From an uncultured Chloroflexia bacterium (GTDB taxonomy: Bacteria; Chloroflexota; UBA6077; JACCZL01): 64,000 nucleotides of DNA. A program made the position numbers and the translations under genes. The notes beneath the pieces were generated by a model. That model did no database searches, had not been told where the DNA came from, and saw only the letters and a list, made by a program, of their open reading frames with translations. Each line of letters opens with the position of its first letter. Position 1 is the first letter of the stretch. The stretch is taken from contig CAVXYC010000015.1 in NCBI GenBank assembly GCA_963765765.1, positions 192,001 through 256,000 on the forward strand. Reading direction: 5' to 3'. Below are positions 31,212 through 42,347 of the stretch, piece after piece.

Positions 31212-32363
31212 ATGATCCACAGCACTGACCGAATCCTGGTGACCCACCAGGGCACGTTGCCGAGACCGTCGGATCTGCGCCAGATGGTGCTGGACCGCGC
31301 GGCGGGCCGGCCCGTTGACAAAGAGAAGATCGCCTCGCGGGTCGCTGAGGCGACGCGGGAAGTAGTGAAACGGCAGCTTGACATCGGCATTGACAGTATC
31401 AATGATGGTGAGCTGAATAAGTCTAGCTTCTCCAACTACGTCCGCGAGCGCCTCGGCGGCATCACCGTGGTGCCGGCCAAGGAGGGTGACGGACTCGAGC
31501 AACAGATGATGTTCTCCCGCGACATCCCAGAGTACGAAGAATACTTCAAGGATCGCATGGATGCCGCGCTGAAGGCGCCGCGTCTACTGGCTACAGGACC
31601 GATCACTTACGTCGGCCAGTCCGACATCCAGGCGGACATTGCCAATTTCAAGGCCGCGATGGAGGGGCACAACGTCACCGAGGCGTATCTCCCCGCGGTC
31701 ACTCCGGGGACAATGGAGCACTGGCTCAGGAATCAGCATTACGCCACCGATGAGGAGTTCCTCATGGCCTGCGCGGACGCCATGCATGAGGAGTATCAGG
31801 CTATCGTGGACGCCGGATTCCTCCTGCAGGTGGACGACCCGGATCTTCCGGATGGTTGGCACATCCATACAGAAATGGATCTCCCGCAGTACCTGAAGTT
31901 CGCTGATCTCCGCGTGGACGCTCTCAACCACGCGCTCCGTGGTATTCCCGAGGACCGCGTGCGCTTCCACACCTGTTGGGGTAGTTATCACGGGCCGCAC
32001 AAGTATGACCTGCCGCTCAAGGACATCGTGCATCTCATTCTTAAAGTGAATGCCGGGGCCTACTCGATTGAGGCATCAAATCCTATGCACGATCACGAGT
32101 GGGAAGTCTGGGAGAACGTCAAGCTTCCCGCGGGCAAGCAGCTCATTCCGGGTGTTGTTGGTCACTGCACGGATCACATTGAGCACCCGCAGCTCGTTGC
32201 CAATCGGCTGACGAAGTACGGCGAGATCGTCGGGCCGGAGAACATCATGGCCGGCACGGATTGCGGCCTGGGCAGTAGGGTGGGGCATCCCAACATCGCC
32301 TGGAGCAAATACGAGGCGATGGTTGAGGGAGCTCGCATCGCTTCGAAGAAGCTTTTTAGCTAG
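31212..32363 (+). CDS. Cobalamin-independent methionine synthase II family protein
   Basis: RILVTHQGTLPRP, NDGE, FHTCWGSYHGPH, IEASNP.H.HEW, GTDCGLG. RBS ggagg. Confidence 0.9.
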   Translation: MIHSTDRILVTHQGTLPRPSDLRQMVLDRAAGRPVDKEKIASRVAEATREVVKRQLDIGIDSINDGELNKSSFSNYVRERLGGITVVPAKEGDGLEQQMMFSRDIPEYEEYFKDRMDAALKAPRLLATGPITYVGQSDIQADIANFKAAMEGHNVTEAYLPAVTPGTMEHWLRNQHYATDEEFLMACADAMHEEYQAIVDAGFLLQVDDPDLPDGWHIHTEMDLPQYLKFADLRVDALNHALRGIPEDRVRFHTCWGSYHGPHKYDLPLKDIVHLILKVNAGAYSIEASNPMHDHEWEVWENVKLPAGKQLIPGVVGHCTDHIEHPQLVANRLTKYGEIVGPENIMAGTDCGLGSRVGHPNIAWSKYEAMVEGARIASKKLFS

Positions 32364-32376
32364 GCGAGATCAAGCT

Positions 32377-32403
32377 GTGAGACGGGGCGTCGCCCCGTCT
32401 CAC
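32377..32403. terminator. Perfect hairpin between convergent genes
   Basis: gtgagacggggcg-t-cgccccgtctcac followed by ttt. Confidence 0.55.
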
Positions 32404-32502
32404 TTTGGACCGCGGCGGTCCTCACCGCTTCCAACCGAACGGAGCTACCGGAAGACGGCTTCCAGCCTCGTGAGAAAGCGGCGAGGACCGCCGCGGTCCA
32501 AA
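32404..32502. repeat. REP-like inverted repeat
   Basis: tttggaccgcggcggtcctcaccgctt (32404-32430) / aagcggcgaggaccgccgcggtccaaa (32476-32502), one mismatch. Confidence 0.8.
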
Positions 32503-32533
32503 CGTGCTGGACCGCTAGCGCATGTGGCGGTGT

Positions 32534-33220
32534 TCAGACGGAAGCTTGCCGGCCGAGGATATCCTCCAGCTCCATATTGTTCAGATCACCGATGCGCTCG
32601 ATCGACACGTCCGCCGGCGGATATAAAGCAAGGATGTGTGCATCCAGCGCGTAGTGCCCTTGGCGAGGGAAGACGGTCGTCAATCGATCGCTCCAGACAG
32701 CCTTCATCGCGGCCAGGATGCGGAGCTTATCGTCAACCATGACGTAATGGTGGGCGGGATAGCGCTCCTCGACATCGTCTAGCATCTGCTCCTTGTGGAT
32801 ATAGATCAAGACGTTGCCCCCCACTGCTTCCCATAAACCCGAGCGCTGAACTTTGCGTGGCTGAAACACCACGTCTCCATCGGTCAAGATGACCGTCGGG
32901 CCAATTTTCCGAAAGCGTGCGATCACGTCGAGAGCCCCCGGATAGAGACGACTAGAAAACGGGTAGTCCAGCAGAAACGACGAGACTTCCAGGATGTTTG
33001 GATCATGCGGATGCTCGACGCGATACTTTTGAAGCGCGCCAAGATAATCGGCGTATCCGAGCTCTGACCGGATCTCCTCAAATGTTGCCCAATACTGCTC
33101 GGCGTGCTCGACTCCTACCGATTTCCGGAGGTGCCGACGGATGTCATTCCCGACCGGATCGTTGTCAAGTAGAGTGTTATCCACGTCAACCAGGAACACC
33201 AGATCGGCTGGCGCGGTCAT
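32534..33220 (-). CDS. HAD family hydrolase
   Basis: Motif [24 protein letters not shown] overlap with zwf. Confidence 0.85.
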   Translation of the reverse strand: MTAPADLVFLVDVDNTLLDNDPVGNDIRRHLRKSVGVEHAEQYWATFEEIRSELGYADYLGALQKYRVEHPHDPNILEVSSFLLDYPFSSRLYPGALDVIARFRKIGPTVILTDGDVVFQPRKVQRSGLWEAVGGNVLIYIHKEQMLDDVEERYPAHHYVMVDDKLRILAAMKAVWSDRLTTVFPRQGHYALDAHILALYPPADVSIERIGDLNNMELEDILGRQASV

Positions 33221-34599
33221 GATGCACCCTGCTCGAGAGTTGGGTTGTACCAACCCACTTGACCTGCCTGGAGAATATCGGCTTGAGGCGGTCCCCAGGT
33301 GTTGGGTTCATACTGGTGAAGGGATGTGACGTTGTCCAGGATCGGTTCGACAACTCGCCAGGCAGCCTCGACGCTGCCCTGGTCCGCGAAGAGAGTCGCA
33401 TCGCCTCCCATCGCGTCGGTGAGCAGTCGCTCATAGGGGGCCATCTCATCGCCCGCGTGATGACGGGCAATCAGCTCCACGTCCTCACCAACCATGTCCT
33501 CCCCTGGCAGCTTCGCACGGGCGCCGAGGGCGATCAAGACATCGGGATCGAGTCGAAATCGGAAGCGGTTGGATCGGCGATGCTCGACCTCGCCGAATGA
33601 CGATTGAGGTGGGCGCTTCAAGGTCACCATGATCTCGGTCGCGGTCACCGGCAACCGTTTGCCAGTCCGGATGAAAAATGGAATGCCTGCCCAACGCCAG
33701 GTATCGATCGCCACACGCAATGCAGCGAACGTCTCGACCGTCGAGTCCTGTGCGACTCCTTGTTCTTGCCAGTATCCACGGTATTGGCCCCGAATGACCT
33801 CCGACGGATCGAGCGGCCGCATAGCTTTGAGGATCTGCGTCTTTTCAGCGCGGATGGCCTCGTGGGCGTTTCCGGACGGCGGTTCACAGGCCAGGATCGC
33901 TAGCACCTGCAGGAGATGGTTTTGCACGACGTCGCGAATCGCGCCGGTGCCCTCGTAGAAACGCCCTCGACCGCTGACACCAAAACTCTCGGCCATGGTG
34001 ATTTGCACGCTATCAACGTAGTTACGGTTCCACATCGGCTCCAGAAATGAGTTAGCGAACCGGAAATAGAGTAGGTTCTGAACTGGTTCCTTGCCCAGGA
34101 AGTGATCGATTCGAAAGATGCTCGACTCTGGAAAGTACTCGTGCAGGGTTCTGTTGAGCTTTTGCGCGGAAGCGAGATCATGGCCAAAGGGCTTTTCAAC
34201 CACGACTCGGGCGTTCGTCGCGCAGCCTGACTTCGCCAAGCTAGCCGCCACGGTTGCGAATAGAACGGGCGGAACAGCGAGATAGTGCAACGGGCGTTGA
34301 GCGTTGCCTAACGCCTCGTGCAGACCATCGAAGGTTGACTGTTCACGGTAATCTCCGGCGATGTAGTTGAGTCTTGATGAAAGCGTCTCAAACGCCTTTT
34401 CATCCAGGACACCCCGCTCCTGTAAGCCGGCCCGGATACGGCTGCGCAGATCATCCAGGGTTCCAGAGCTCGCGACGCCGATGATTGGAGTATTGAGATG
34501 ACCGCGTTGAATCATCGCCTGGAGAGCGGCATAGATCTGCTTGTATGCGAGGTCACCGGTGATTCCGAATATGACCAGCGCGTCGGACGGGGCGCTCAT
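33217..34599 (-). CDS. zwf: Glucose-6-phosphate dehydrogenase
   Basis: [37 protein letters not shown]. Confidence 0.95.
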   Translation of the reverse strand: MSAPSDALVIFGITGDLAYKQIYAALQAMIQRGHLNTPIIGVASSGTLDDLRSRIRAGLQERGVLDEKAFETLSSRLNYIAGDYREQSTFDGLHEALGNAQRPLHYLAVPPVLFATVAASLAKSGCATNARVVVEKPFGHDLASAQKLNRTLHEYFPESSIFRIDHFLGKEPVQNLLYFRFANSFLEPMWNRNYVDSVQITMAESFGVSGRGRFYEGTGAIRDVVQNHLLQVLAILACEPPSGNAHEAIRAEKTQILKAMRPLDPSEVIRGQYRGYWQEQGVAQDSTVETFAALRVAIDTWRWAGIPFFIRTGKRLPVTATEIMVTLKRPPQSSFGEVEHRRSNRFRFRLDPDVLIALGARAKLPGEDMVGEDVELIARHHAGDEMAPYERLLTDAMGGDATLFADQGSVEAAWRVVEPILDNVTSLHQYEPNTWGPPQADILQAGQVGWYNPTLEQGAS

Positions 34600-35633
34600 T
34601 CCTTTAGTCCCGGCTCATGTGCGGCCCCGATTTCCAGGTGGCCACCAAACCCGTGCCGCATCGCTGATAGGAGCTTGTCTGCGAAATCACCTTCACCGCG
34701 TGATGTGAATCGCTGGTAGAGCGCTGCGCTGAGTACTGGGGTCGGGATTGCTTCGTCGATGGCTGCGGCAATCGTCCACCGTCCTTCACCAGAATCTGAC
34801 ACGTGGCCCGCGTAATTGGAGAGATCCGGATTCTGCAGGAGCGAGCTTGCTGTGAGATCGAGCAGCCAGGAACGAATGACACTACCGCGTCGCCACACTT
34901 CTGCGATATCCGGCAGGTTCATGTTGAATTGGTAGTACTCAGGCTCATCCAACGGTGTGGTTTCCGCGTTCGTTTCACGCGGTCGCAGTCCAATGTTGGC
35001 CCCGCGAAGAATGTTCATGCCCTCCGCGTACGCAGCCATCAGGCCGTATTCGATGCCGTTGTGCACCATCTTGACGAAGTGACCCGCGCCGTTCGACCCG
35101 CAATGAAGGTAGCCTTGCTCGGCCGTACCTCCAAGCGCCTCGCGGCCGGCCGTTCGGGGTGCAGCCTCGATGCCGGGCGCCAACGTTGAAAAGATAGGGT
35201 CGAGATGTCGGACGATCCCGTCCTCACCGCCGATCATCAGGCAGTAGCCTTGTTCGAGCCCCCAGACTCCGCCGCTCGTGCCAACGTCAACGTAGTGGAC
35301 CCCACTTCGTTTTAGCTCTTTTGCCCGCCGAATGTCGCCGTGGAAATGCGAATTTCCACCGTCGATGACGATATCGCCCGGCTCCAGCATGGGAACCAGC
35401 GTTGCCAGCTCCTCATCCACGACGCCAGCGGGCAGCATGAACCACACGATGCGAGGCGGACTGAGGCGCTTCACCAGGTCGGCTAGTGAGCCTGCGACGC
35501 TGGCCCCGTCCGCACCTAGCGCCGCGGCCGCCTGGGCATTGAGATCATAAACCACGCATTCATGGCCTGATCTCATGAGTCGACGAACCATGCTGGAGCC
35601 CATGCGTCCCAGTCCGAGCATGCCGAGCTGCAT
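34596..35633 (-). CDS. gnd: 6-phosphogluconate dehydrogenase (decarboxylating, short type)
   Basis: [52 protein letters not shown]. Confidence 0.95.
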   Translation of the reverse strand: MQLGMLGLGRMGSSMVRRLMRSGHECVVYDLNAQAAAALGADGASVAGSLADLVKRLSPPRIVWFMLPAGVVDEELATLVPMLEPGDIVIDGGNSHFHGDIRRAKELKRSGVHYVDVGTSGGVWGLEQGYCLMIGGEDGIVRHLDPIFSTLAPGIEAAPRTAGREALGGTAEQGYLHCGSNGAGHFVKMVHNGIEYGLMAAYAEGMNILRGANIGLRPRETNAETTPLDEPEYYQFNMNLPDIAEVWRRGSVIRSWLLDLTASSLLQNPDLSNYAGHVSDSGEGRWTIAAAIDEAIPTPVLSAALYQRFTSRGEGDFADKLLSAMRHGFGGHLEIGAAHEPGLKE

Positions 35634-36064
35634 TTAACGTTTCCTCCCGAATGCTTGCCGCGCGAAGCTCGTGTCACTCAGTCGCCTGATCCGTTCCGTC
35701 CCTGAGCGCACGGTTCCGTCGCTCGGCAGTCGAATCTGGATTAATTTGTACATAGGTTCAATTTGGACAGTTTGGCCCGAGAACGTATTCGCGTCTGAGG
35801 TTACCCACTGCCCGTACTCTATTAGATCGCATGCACCGTGAAGGCGGCGGATCCGAAGGGGAGCACCCGAAATTCCACGATGCTGACGGTCCATCGCGTC
35901 AATGCGAGATCGGGCGGTCCAGGATCGGTCTTCTGGGACGAGCCCTGGCGTCGCTATCGGGAATGCGTCATCTAAGTACGCTTGTCCGACGTTCGCGATC
36001 AAGATCGATCCCTTACCATTGGTGTTGATCGATTCATTCGGGGACGATTGACAGAGGAGATTCG

Positions 36065-37087
36065 ATGCCTGGCTATGCTCGTTCGCTCGTCGTGATCGCT
36101 CTGCTCGCCGTCATCCTGCCGCTGACAGCCGTGGTTACCCGCTCGGCGCAGGAGCCAACGACGAGTGTGCTCGGTTGGTACGACCTTCCCAAAGATGATC
36201 AGCGGAGTCAAGAGGTCTCTGGACTGACCTGGGATCCGGAGAGCGCCACCCTCTACGGCATTACAGATGATGCTCCCCGGATTGTGCGGTTGAATACGGG
36301 CGAAGACTTTCGATCGGTGAGCTTTGGGGAGACAATCACAGTAACGGTGCCGGACCTGTGGGACGGTGAAGCAATTGCCCGGACGAGCACCAGTTTCTTC
36401 ATCACGAACGAAAACGGGCCGCACATCTACGAGCTTGACCACACCGGTCAGCTTGTCTCCTGGGTGCCGGTTCCCGGTCATTTCAATCGCATCCGTCCGA
36501 ATCAGTCTCTGGAGTCACTCACGATCGCCGATGACGGCCGATACGTCTTCACGGCCAACGAGCAGGCACTCGACGGAGACGGCCCTCGGGCAACGGTGGA
36601 AGCTGGGACGGTCGTGCGAATCGTTCGTTTCGACCGAGCCACACAAGACACGCTGGAATGGGCATATGAGACCGATCCGGTATTCGCATCAGGAGAGGGA
36701 GGAGACAACGGTGTTGCCGAGCTTGCGGCGCTTTCCGCTTCAGATCTTCTCGTGCTGGAACGATCATTCGTGCCCAACGTTGGAAACAGTATTCGCATTT
36801 ACCGAGTGAGCTTAGCGGAGCCAACGAACATCTTCGAGCTTGGCGTGCTTTCCAGCGATACGCCAGTCGTAGCCAAAACGCTGGTTGTCGACCTGGCAAC
36901 GCTGCCGGACACGGATTTTCCGCCAACGCTCCAGCCCCAGCCGAACCGGGTCCTGGACAACTTTGAAGGGCTCGCGCTCGGTCCGGTCTTGCCCGATGGA
37001 CGACGGGTGATCTTCCTGATTAGCGACGACAACAAGCGAACAACCCAGATTCCGCGCTTGCTGACGCTGGCCGTGGCCGGGTTGTAG
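36065..37087 (+). CDS. Secreted esterase-like activity of phytase family protein (beta-propeller)
   Basis: Signal peptide, SGLTWD, DGEAI, NQSLESLT, LVLERS, DNFEGLALGP, ISDDN. Confidence 0.8.
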   Translation: MPGYARSLVVIALLAVILPLTAVVTRSAQEPTTSVLGWYDLPKDDQRSQEVSGLTWDPESATLYGITDDAPRIVRLNTGEDFRSVSFGETITVTVPDLWDGEAIARTSTSFFITNENGPHIYELDHTGQLVSWVPVPGHFNRIRPNQSLESLTIADDGRYVFTANEQALDGDGPRATVEAGTVVRIVRFDRATQDTLEWAYETDPVFASGEGGDNGVAELAALSASDLLVLERSFVPNVGNSIRIYRVSLAEPTNIFELGVLSSDTPVVAKTLVVDLATLPDTDFPPTLQPQPNRVLDNFEGLALGPVLPDGRRVIFLISDDNKRTTQIPRLLTLAVAGL

Positions 37088-37132
37088 AGCTCACTGCCAG
37101 CCATTCGCGGCGTCAAGACAGGCTAGGCTGCC

Positions 37133-37866
37133 ATGTTGCGACTAGGTGAGTCTGAGCCACTTGCTGCCGCTCTGCTGCTTGTCGTTCATCAGGGTGACCT
37201 CGCTTCCCTGAATCGACTGCTCGAAGAGCATTCAGAACTTGCTGGGGTCACGATTGTTCGGCCTGGGACGGGGGAGAACCGGGAATTCAGTTACCCGGCT
37301 CTATGCGCCGCCACAGGTTGGCCGGGACATTTCCCGAATGTCGGCGAATCGATTCGACTTCTGATTGCGGCCGGGGCAGACGTTCATTCGCACTGCTCGG
37401 GTCTACATGAGGAGACGCCACTTCATTGGGCGGCTAGCAGCGACGGTCTCGAGGCTTTGGATGCGCTACTGGACGCGGGCGCTGATATCGACGCCCAGGG
37501 CGGCGTTATAGCCGGCGGGACACCATTGGCGGACGCGGTTGCCTTTGGTCAATGGAAGGCGGCCAGGCGCCTCATCGAGCGAGGTGGGAAAACGGAACTG
37601 TGGCAAGCGGTGACACTGGGGCTCTTGGGATACCTGAGGAGCACTTCGCCTTCAATGCACCCACTTGCGAGGAGGTCACAGCGGCGTTCTGGTGTGCTTG
37701 CCACGGCGGGCGGCAGGCGACCGCTGAGTATCTTCTTGCACGCAGAGCCGACCTCAACTGGGTCGGCTATGACGATCTGACGCCACTGGACGCGGCCGTA
37801 CGCGCCGGGAATCACGACCTGGTGACATGGTTGCCCTGGCAGGGCACCGCGTCAACTAAGGCTTGA
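37133..37866 (+). CDS. Ankyrin-repeat protein, frameshift near 37632
   Basis: WPGHFPN, ETPLHWAAS, LLDAGADID, GTPLADAVAFGQW. Continues AFWCACHGG...LTPLDAA. Confidence 0.8.
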
Positions 37867-38138
37867 GCCTGATCGGCAGCGCTTGGGTGTTGTTCGATGG
37901 TCGTCGCCTCTTCTGGATTCTGGGGACGGAGCGTTTCTGATCCGCTGATGGTTCGTTGCGTTGCGGTTGCAGGAATCGTCTGATCGGCGCATGTGCACCG
38001 AGGTACTGCTCCCTCACTCTGGCAGGGACCGCGGTGGAGAGAGCAACGACATCTGCTCCTACTGAGCCAAGTATCATTGGCGGGTTACATTCCCAAGCCT
38101 GGAGCTACGTGCAATGATGCCGGACCTCGCGACGGATC

Positions 38139-39359
38139 GTGCCTACCATGACTGATCCAGCTTCTGTCTCCCCAGGGGCGCTATCGGGCGTCCGCGTTCT
38201 CGACATGGCCACGTTCATCGCAGGTCCGTTCTGCGCCGGGCTGCTTGCCGAGTTTGGCGCGGACGTTATCAAGATCGAGCAGCCTGGCGTTGGCGATTCC
38301 CTTCGCGAGCTTGGTGAGAAGGTCAACGACCGGGCACTGTTCTGGGCGCTCGAGGATCGCGGTCGGCGTTCGGTGACGTGCAACCTCCGCGTGGCGCGTG
38401 GACAGGAGCTGGCGCTGGAGCTCATCAAGCAAAGCGACATCGTGGTGGAAAACTTCCGTCCCGGCACGCTGGAGCGCTGGAACCTCAGCTATGAACGTAT
38501 GCGCGAAGTCAACCCGGGCGTGGTGCTGGTGCGCGTCTCGGCGTATGGGCAGACGGGCCCCTATTCGGAGCGGCCGGGGTTTGGTCGAATCGCGCAGGCG
38601 TTTGGTGGACTTACCTACCTGGCCGGCTTTCCGGATCGTCCGCCAGTGCTGCCTGGATCGGCGACGCTCGCGGACTATGCGGCGGGCTTGTTCTCGGCGC
38701 TCTCTGCGCTGGCCGCGAAGCATCATCGCGATCGAACGGGCGAAGGCCAGCAGATCGACATCTCTCTTTACGAGAGCATATTCCGCTTCTGCGACGTGCT
38801 TGCTCTAGCGTATGACTCGCTGGGCATCGTACGCGAGCGTGTTGGCACCGCGGCGCACGCGGCACCGCACAACCATTACCCCACGGGCGATGGAAAATGG
38901 ATCGCCATCGCCTGCACCAACGATCGAATCTTTCGGCGCTTGGCTGCCTGCATGGAGCAGGAATCATGGGGGACCGACCCAGCCTTCGACACGATGGAGA
39001 AGCGCTCGGCGAATCGCGTTGAGGTCGATGCCCGCGTGACGGCCTGGACGTCCTCTCTGCCGATGTCGGAGCTACGCGAGCGGCTGGACGCAGCCGAAGT
39101 CCCAACGAGCCCGATCTACAGCATCAAGGATGCGTTCGATGACGAGCAGTATCAGGCGCGGGGAACGCTCCAAGTGGTGAATGACCCGGTCATCGGCCCG
39201 GTCATGATGCCATCACCCGTGCCGAGACTCTCGCTTACGCCTACTGGCATCCAGCGGCCAGCGCCAGCCGTGGGGGAGCACAACGAGGAGATCTACGGCG
39301 AGCTTCTCGGTCTTGGGCCGGCGGAGTTGGAGAAATTGAAATCGGACGGAGTGATCTAG
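38139..39359 (+). CDS. CaiB/BaiF family III CoA transferase
   Basis: LSGVRVLD, GADVIKIE, VVENFRPG, SAYGQTGPY..RPGF, AD, APAVGEHN. Confidence 0.92.
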   Translation: MPTMTDPASVSPGALSGVRVLDMATFIAGPFCAGLLAEFGADVIKIEQPGVGDSLRELGEKVNDRALFWALEDRGRRSVTCNLRVARGQELALELIKQSDIVVENFRPGTLERWNLSYERMREVNPGVVLVRVSAYGQTGPYSERPGFGRIAQAFGGLTYLAGFPDRPPVLPGSATLADYAAGLFSALSALAAKHHRDRTGEGQQIDISLYESIFRFCDVLALAYDSLGIVRERVGTAAHAAPHNHYPTGDGKWIAIACTNDRIFRRLAACMEQESWGTDPAFDTMEKRSANRVEVDARVTAWTSSLPMSELRERLDAAEVPTSPIYSIKDAFDDEQYQARGTLQVVNDPVIGPVMMPSPVPRLSLTPTGIQRPAPAVGEHNEEIYGELLGLGPAELEKLKSDGVI

Positions 39360-39393
39360 GTGCCCGTTTGACCCAGATTGCCAAGGCTCCTGG

Positions 39394-39969
39394 CTAAGCT
39401 AGTGCAGCGCGGGCGGCGAGAATTTGATCCTTCACCGCGGCCGGCTCCTGAAGGTCGTGCAGAGTCAGGTGCGAGGGATGGTACTCGAGTCGCCCGTTCT
39501 CGCCTAATCGCTCCAACGCTGAGCCGCCAAGGAGCAGGACGTTGCCCCATCCTCGGTTGTCCTCCGCCTCGATGCGAGGAAGCTGGCTCAGTGGGATAAC
39601 ACTGAGCGTCGGTGACCAGACTCCGCGGCGAAGGATCAAGCGACGGTTGGTCAGAACGTACTCGGTGTGACTCCACTCACGGGCGGCAACAACCAGTGGA
39701 CCGTAGATGAGAAGCACGCCTATCACAATAGATGGCAGTGCCCAGAAGAAGACTAGGTTGTGGATGATCGGCTCAACCCCGCCGGCCAATACCACGGACA
39801 CCGCAAACCAAAAGGCCATGATGACGACCATGCCCATGCCACACGCACTTACCGTCCCATATTTCCGAAGGAATAGCCCGCGGTCAGGCTTGGCCGTCCA
39901 AAGGATCGTTTCGCCCGGAAGTAAGAATGGATGGAGGTATTCGGGAGCCTGATGCTGCTGCGTGGCCAT
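39394..39969 (-). CDS. Membrane protein with bacterial PH (bPH_2-like) domain
   Basis: LLPGETILWTAKP, two TM helices, TEYVLTNRRLI, GWGNV. Confidence 0.65.
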   Translation of the reverse strand: MATQQHQAPEYLHPFLLPGETILWTAKPDRGLFLRKYGTVSACGMGMVVIMAFWFAVSVVLAGGVEPIIHNLVFFWALPSIVIGVLLIYGPLVVAAREWSHTEYVLTNRRLILRRGVWSPTLSVIPLSQLPRIEAEDNRGWGNVLLLGGSALERLGENGRLEYHPSHLTLHDLQEPAAVKDQILAARAALA

Positions 39970-40043
39970 TAATGTAATTGTATGTCGAGTGATGGACATT
40001 CAGCGTAAAAGAGCGTTCTCCGCGTAGCGTTAAATTCCGAGCT

Positions 40044-41483
40044 TTACGCGCTCGCGGCTGAAGTGCTCACATCCGACATCGGTGCCCAGGATGGCTCAGC
40101 AGGAAGTGTGACCCGGAACGTGCTGCCCTGACCGGGATAACTTTCGACCTGCACTGAGCCGCCATGGGCCGTAACGATCTCTCGAACGATGGCCAGGCCA
40201 AGCCCGGTTCCGCCGGTCGATCGTCGGCGCGCGGAATCAACGCGATAGAACCTATCGAAGATGTGTGGGATGTGCTCTGGAGCAATGCCGGGGCCCGTAT
40301 CGGACACCTCCAGGATGCCCCGACGACCACGCCGCGTCACCGTCACACGCACGGTTGATTCGGGTTCGCCATACTGAGTGGCGTTCTCCACCAGATTCAC
40401 CACCACTCGCCGAAGCTGCTCGGCGTTGCCCTGGACGACGAGCCCGTCCTGCGCATCCACCTCGAATTCGTTTCCAGGAGCCTGGTCATGGAAGCTCGCA
40501 ATCGCTGAGCGGACCAGCTCATCCAGGCGAACGGGCTCCTGCGTCTGGCGCTCTTGACCTTCTACTTCAGCCAGAAGGAGTAGGTCGTCGACCAGGCGCC
40601 GCATCCGTTGTGCCTCCGCGAGCGTTTCATCGGCTACCTCCTCGCGCGTCGCGGCATCAATGTCCAATCTCAACAGGTCCAAATTGGTGTGGATCACAGT
40701 GAGCGGATTGCGGAGCTCGTGCGCAGTATCGGCAAGCAGATTCCGCTGGGTGTCGAGGAGGGCTCGCAGGCGTGCCGTCGTTTGTTGGAGCGCGCGTGCC
40801 AGGCGGCTCGCTTCATCATTGCCTGATACCTGAGGTATTGGGCGATCAACATCCCCAGTCGCGGCAATGGCCTCCGCGGCGACTGTGATGTCGGTTAGAT
40901 CGTGGAGCAACCGGCTCACGCTGAGCCAGGTGAAACCCAGAATGACGGAAAAGATGGCCAGGCTGGAGAGCGTCAGGACAATGTCCGCTCCACGGATCGC
41001 CGAGTCCAGAAAGTGAAGCGATTGTCCCACCTGCACAAACACGGTCCCGCTCTCAGTTTGTACGGGGATCACATACACACGTACTCGTTCATTCGAAGCC
41101 AGAGGCACCGTGCTGAAAAGCGGTTGATTATTTTCCGCGTGAGTCAGAGCGTCGGGTGGTAAGGGCAGGCTTGCATCGCCCAGATTCGTCGACCGCGCCA
41201 GAATGGAACCGTCGGCACCGACGATCTGGACGTACAGACCCGGTGTGGAGAATTCATCTGCCATGCCGCCAGCCCCGACTGGTCGATCCCCGATGCGCGG
41301 GGGTTGGCCCACTTCTCCCGAGCCAAGGTCACTTACTACGGCGGCAGCGCGAGCATTCAACAGCTCATCAACTTCGCGTGTCAGCACTGTCTGAAGGAGC
41401 AAATGCACCATCAGTCCCAGAATCGCCAGGCCGATTCCAAGCACGGTGGCCATCCGCAGAAGGAGGCGGGTTCGGAGCGACAT
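40044..41483 (-). CDS. HAMP-domain sensor histidine kinase
   Basis: Two TM helices, H-box AHELRNPL, N-box NLVENA, DTGPGI, FDRFYR, GTGLGLAI. Confidence 0.93.
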   Translation of the reverse strand: MSLRTRLLLRMATVLGIGLAILGLMVHLLLQTVLTREVDELLNARAAAVVSDLGSGEVGQPPRIGDRPVGAGGMADEFSTPGLYVQIVGADGSILARSTNLGDASLPLPPDALTHAENNQPLFSTVPLASNERVRVYVIPVQTESGTVFVQVGQSLHFLDSAIRGADIVLTLSSLAIFSVILGFTWLSVSRLLHDLTDITVAAEAIAATGDVDRPIPQVSGNDEASRLARALQQTTARLRALLDTQRNLLADTAHELRNPLTVIHTNLDLLRLDIDAATREEVADETLAEAQRMRRLVDDLLLLAEVEGQERQTQEPVRLDELVRSAIASFHDQAPGNEFEVDAQDGLVVQGNAEQLRRVVVNLVENATQYGEPESTVRVTVTRRGRRGILEVSDTGPGIAPEHIPHIFDRFYRVDSARRRSTGGTGLGLAIVREIVTAHGGSVQVESYPGQGSTFRVTLPAEPSWAPMSDVSTSAASA

Positions 41484-41522
41484 CAGGTGGACCTCAACTC
41501 GGCCGCCACTGGCGGAGGGAAG

Positions 41523-42200
41523 TCATTCTTCGCGGAGTGCGTAGCCCACGCCGCGAACCGTCTGGAGCAGGCGAGTCTCGTCACTCTGCTCCAACTTGTC
41601 GCGCAGATTGCTCACATTCACATCGATAACCTTAGATCCGCCGAGGAAATCAGATCCCCAGACGGCTTGAAAGATCATCTGCCGAGTAAGCACGCGGTTT
41701 GGGTTGCGAAGAAAGAACTCCAGGAGCTCAAACTCGCGCGCAGTGAGATCCAGGCGTTTGCCGGCTCGTCGGGCCTCTCGCGATGCTGGATTAAGCTCGA
41801 TGTCGCCGTACCGTAGTACCTCGCTGGGGTGCGGACGCGCTCGGCGCAGCAGCGCGCGGATCCGATGAAGGAGCTCAGGGAACGCGAAAGGTTTAACCAG
41901 ATAGTCATCGGCGCCACTCTCAAAGCCAGCAACCTTGTCTTCGAGCGATCCACGCGCAGTCAACATGAGGATTGGAGAATCGATCCCGCGACGAATGCGC
42001 CGCGCCACCTCTAGCCCATCCATTCCCGGTAGCATGAGATCCAGCACGATAAGATCTGGCTCACGCTCAGCGGCGATATCGAAGGCGCTCGGCCCGTCGG
42101 ATGCTACCGCGACGTCGAAGCCTTCAAAGCTGAGACGCCGACTCAGCGCGGACGCGACGGCAGGGTCGTCTTCGACGATCAGGATGCGGGGGTCGGGCAT
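41523..42200 (-). CDS. OmpR/MprA-family response regulator
   Basis: IVEDD, LDLMLP, GADDYLVKPF, LTAREF, TVRGVGY. Confidence 0.95.
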   Translation of the reverse strand: MPDPRILIVEDDPAVASALSRRLSFEGFDVAVASDGPSAFDIAAEREPDLIVLDLMLPGMDGLEVARRIRRGIDSPILMLTARGSLEDKVAGFESGADDYLVKPFAFPELLHRIRALLRRARPHPSEVLRYGDIELNPASREARRAGKRLDLTAREFELLEFFLRNPNRVLTRQMIFQAVWGSDFLGGSKVIDVNVSNLRDKLEQSDETRLLQTVRGVGYALREE

Positions 42201-42347
42201 ATCGACGTATCACGCGGGGCCGCACGTTCAATGGTAAAGAGGCCTTTACGAAACTCTAAATCCTGCGTTACCGGCGAGCCCATCCTTGCCAATTATCATA
42301 CGGGCACGGGGCCAGAAGGCCCGGATTGAATCACCTTTCGGAGGTGA

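Noticed and set aside
35634-36064. ORFs or ncRNA in the gnd / phytase-like intergenic region
   Set aside because: No motif, coding signal or convincing structure found.
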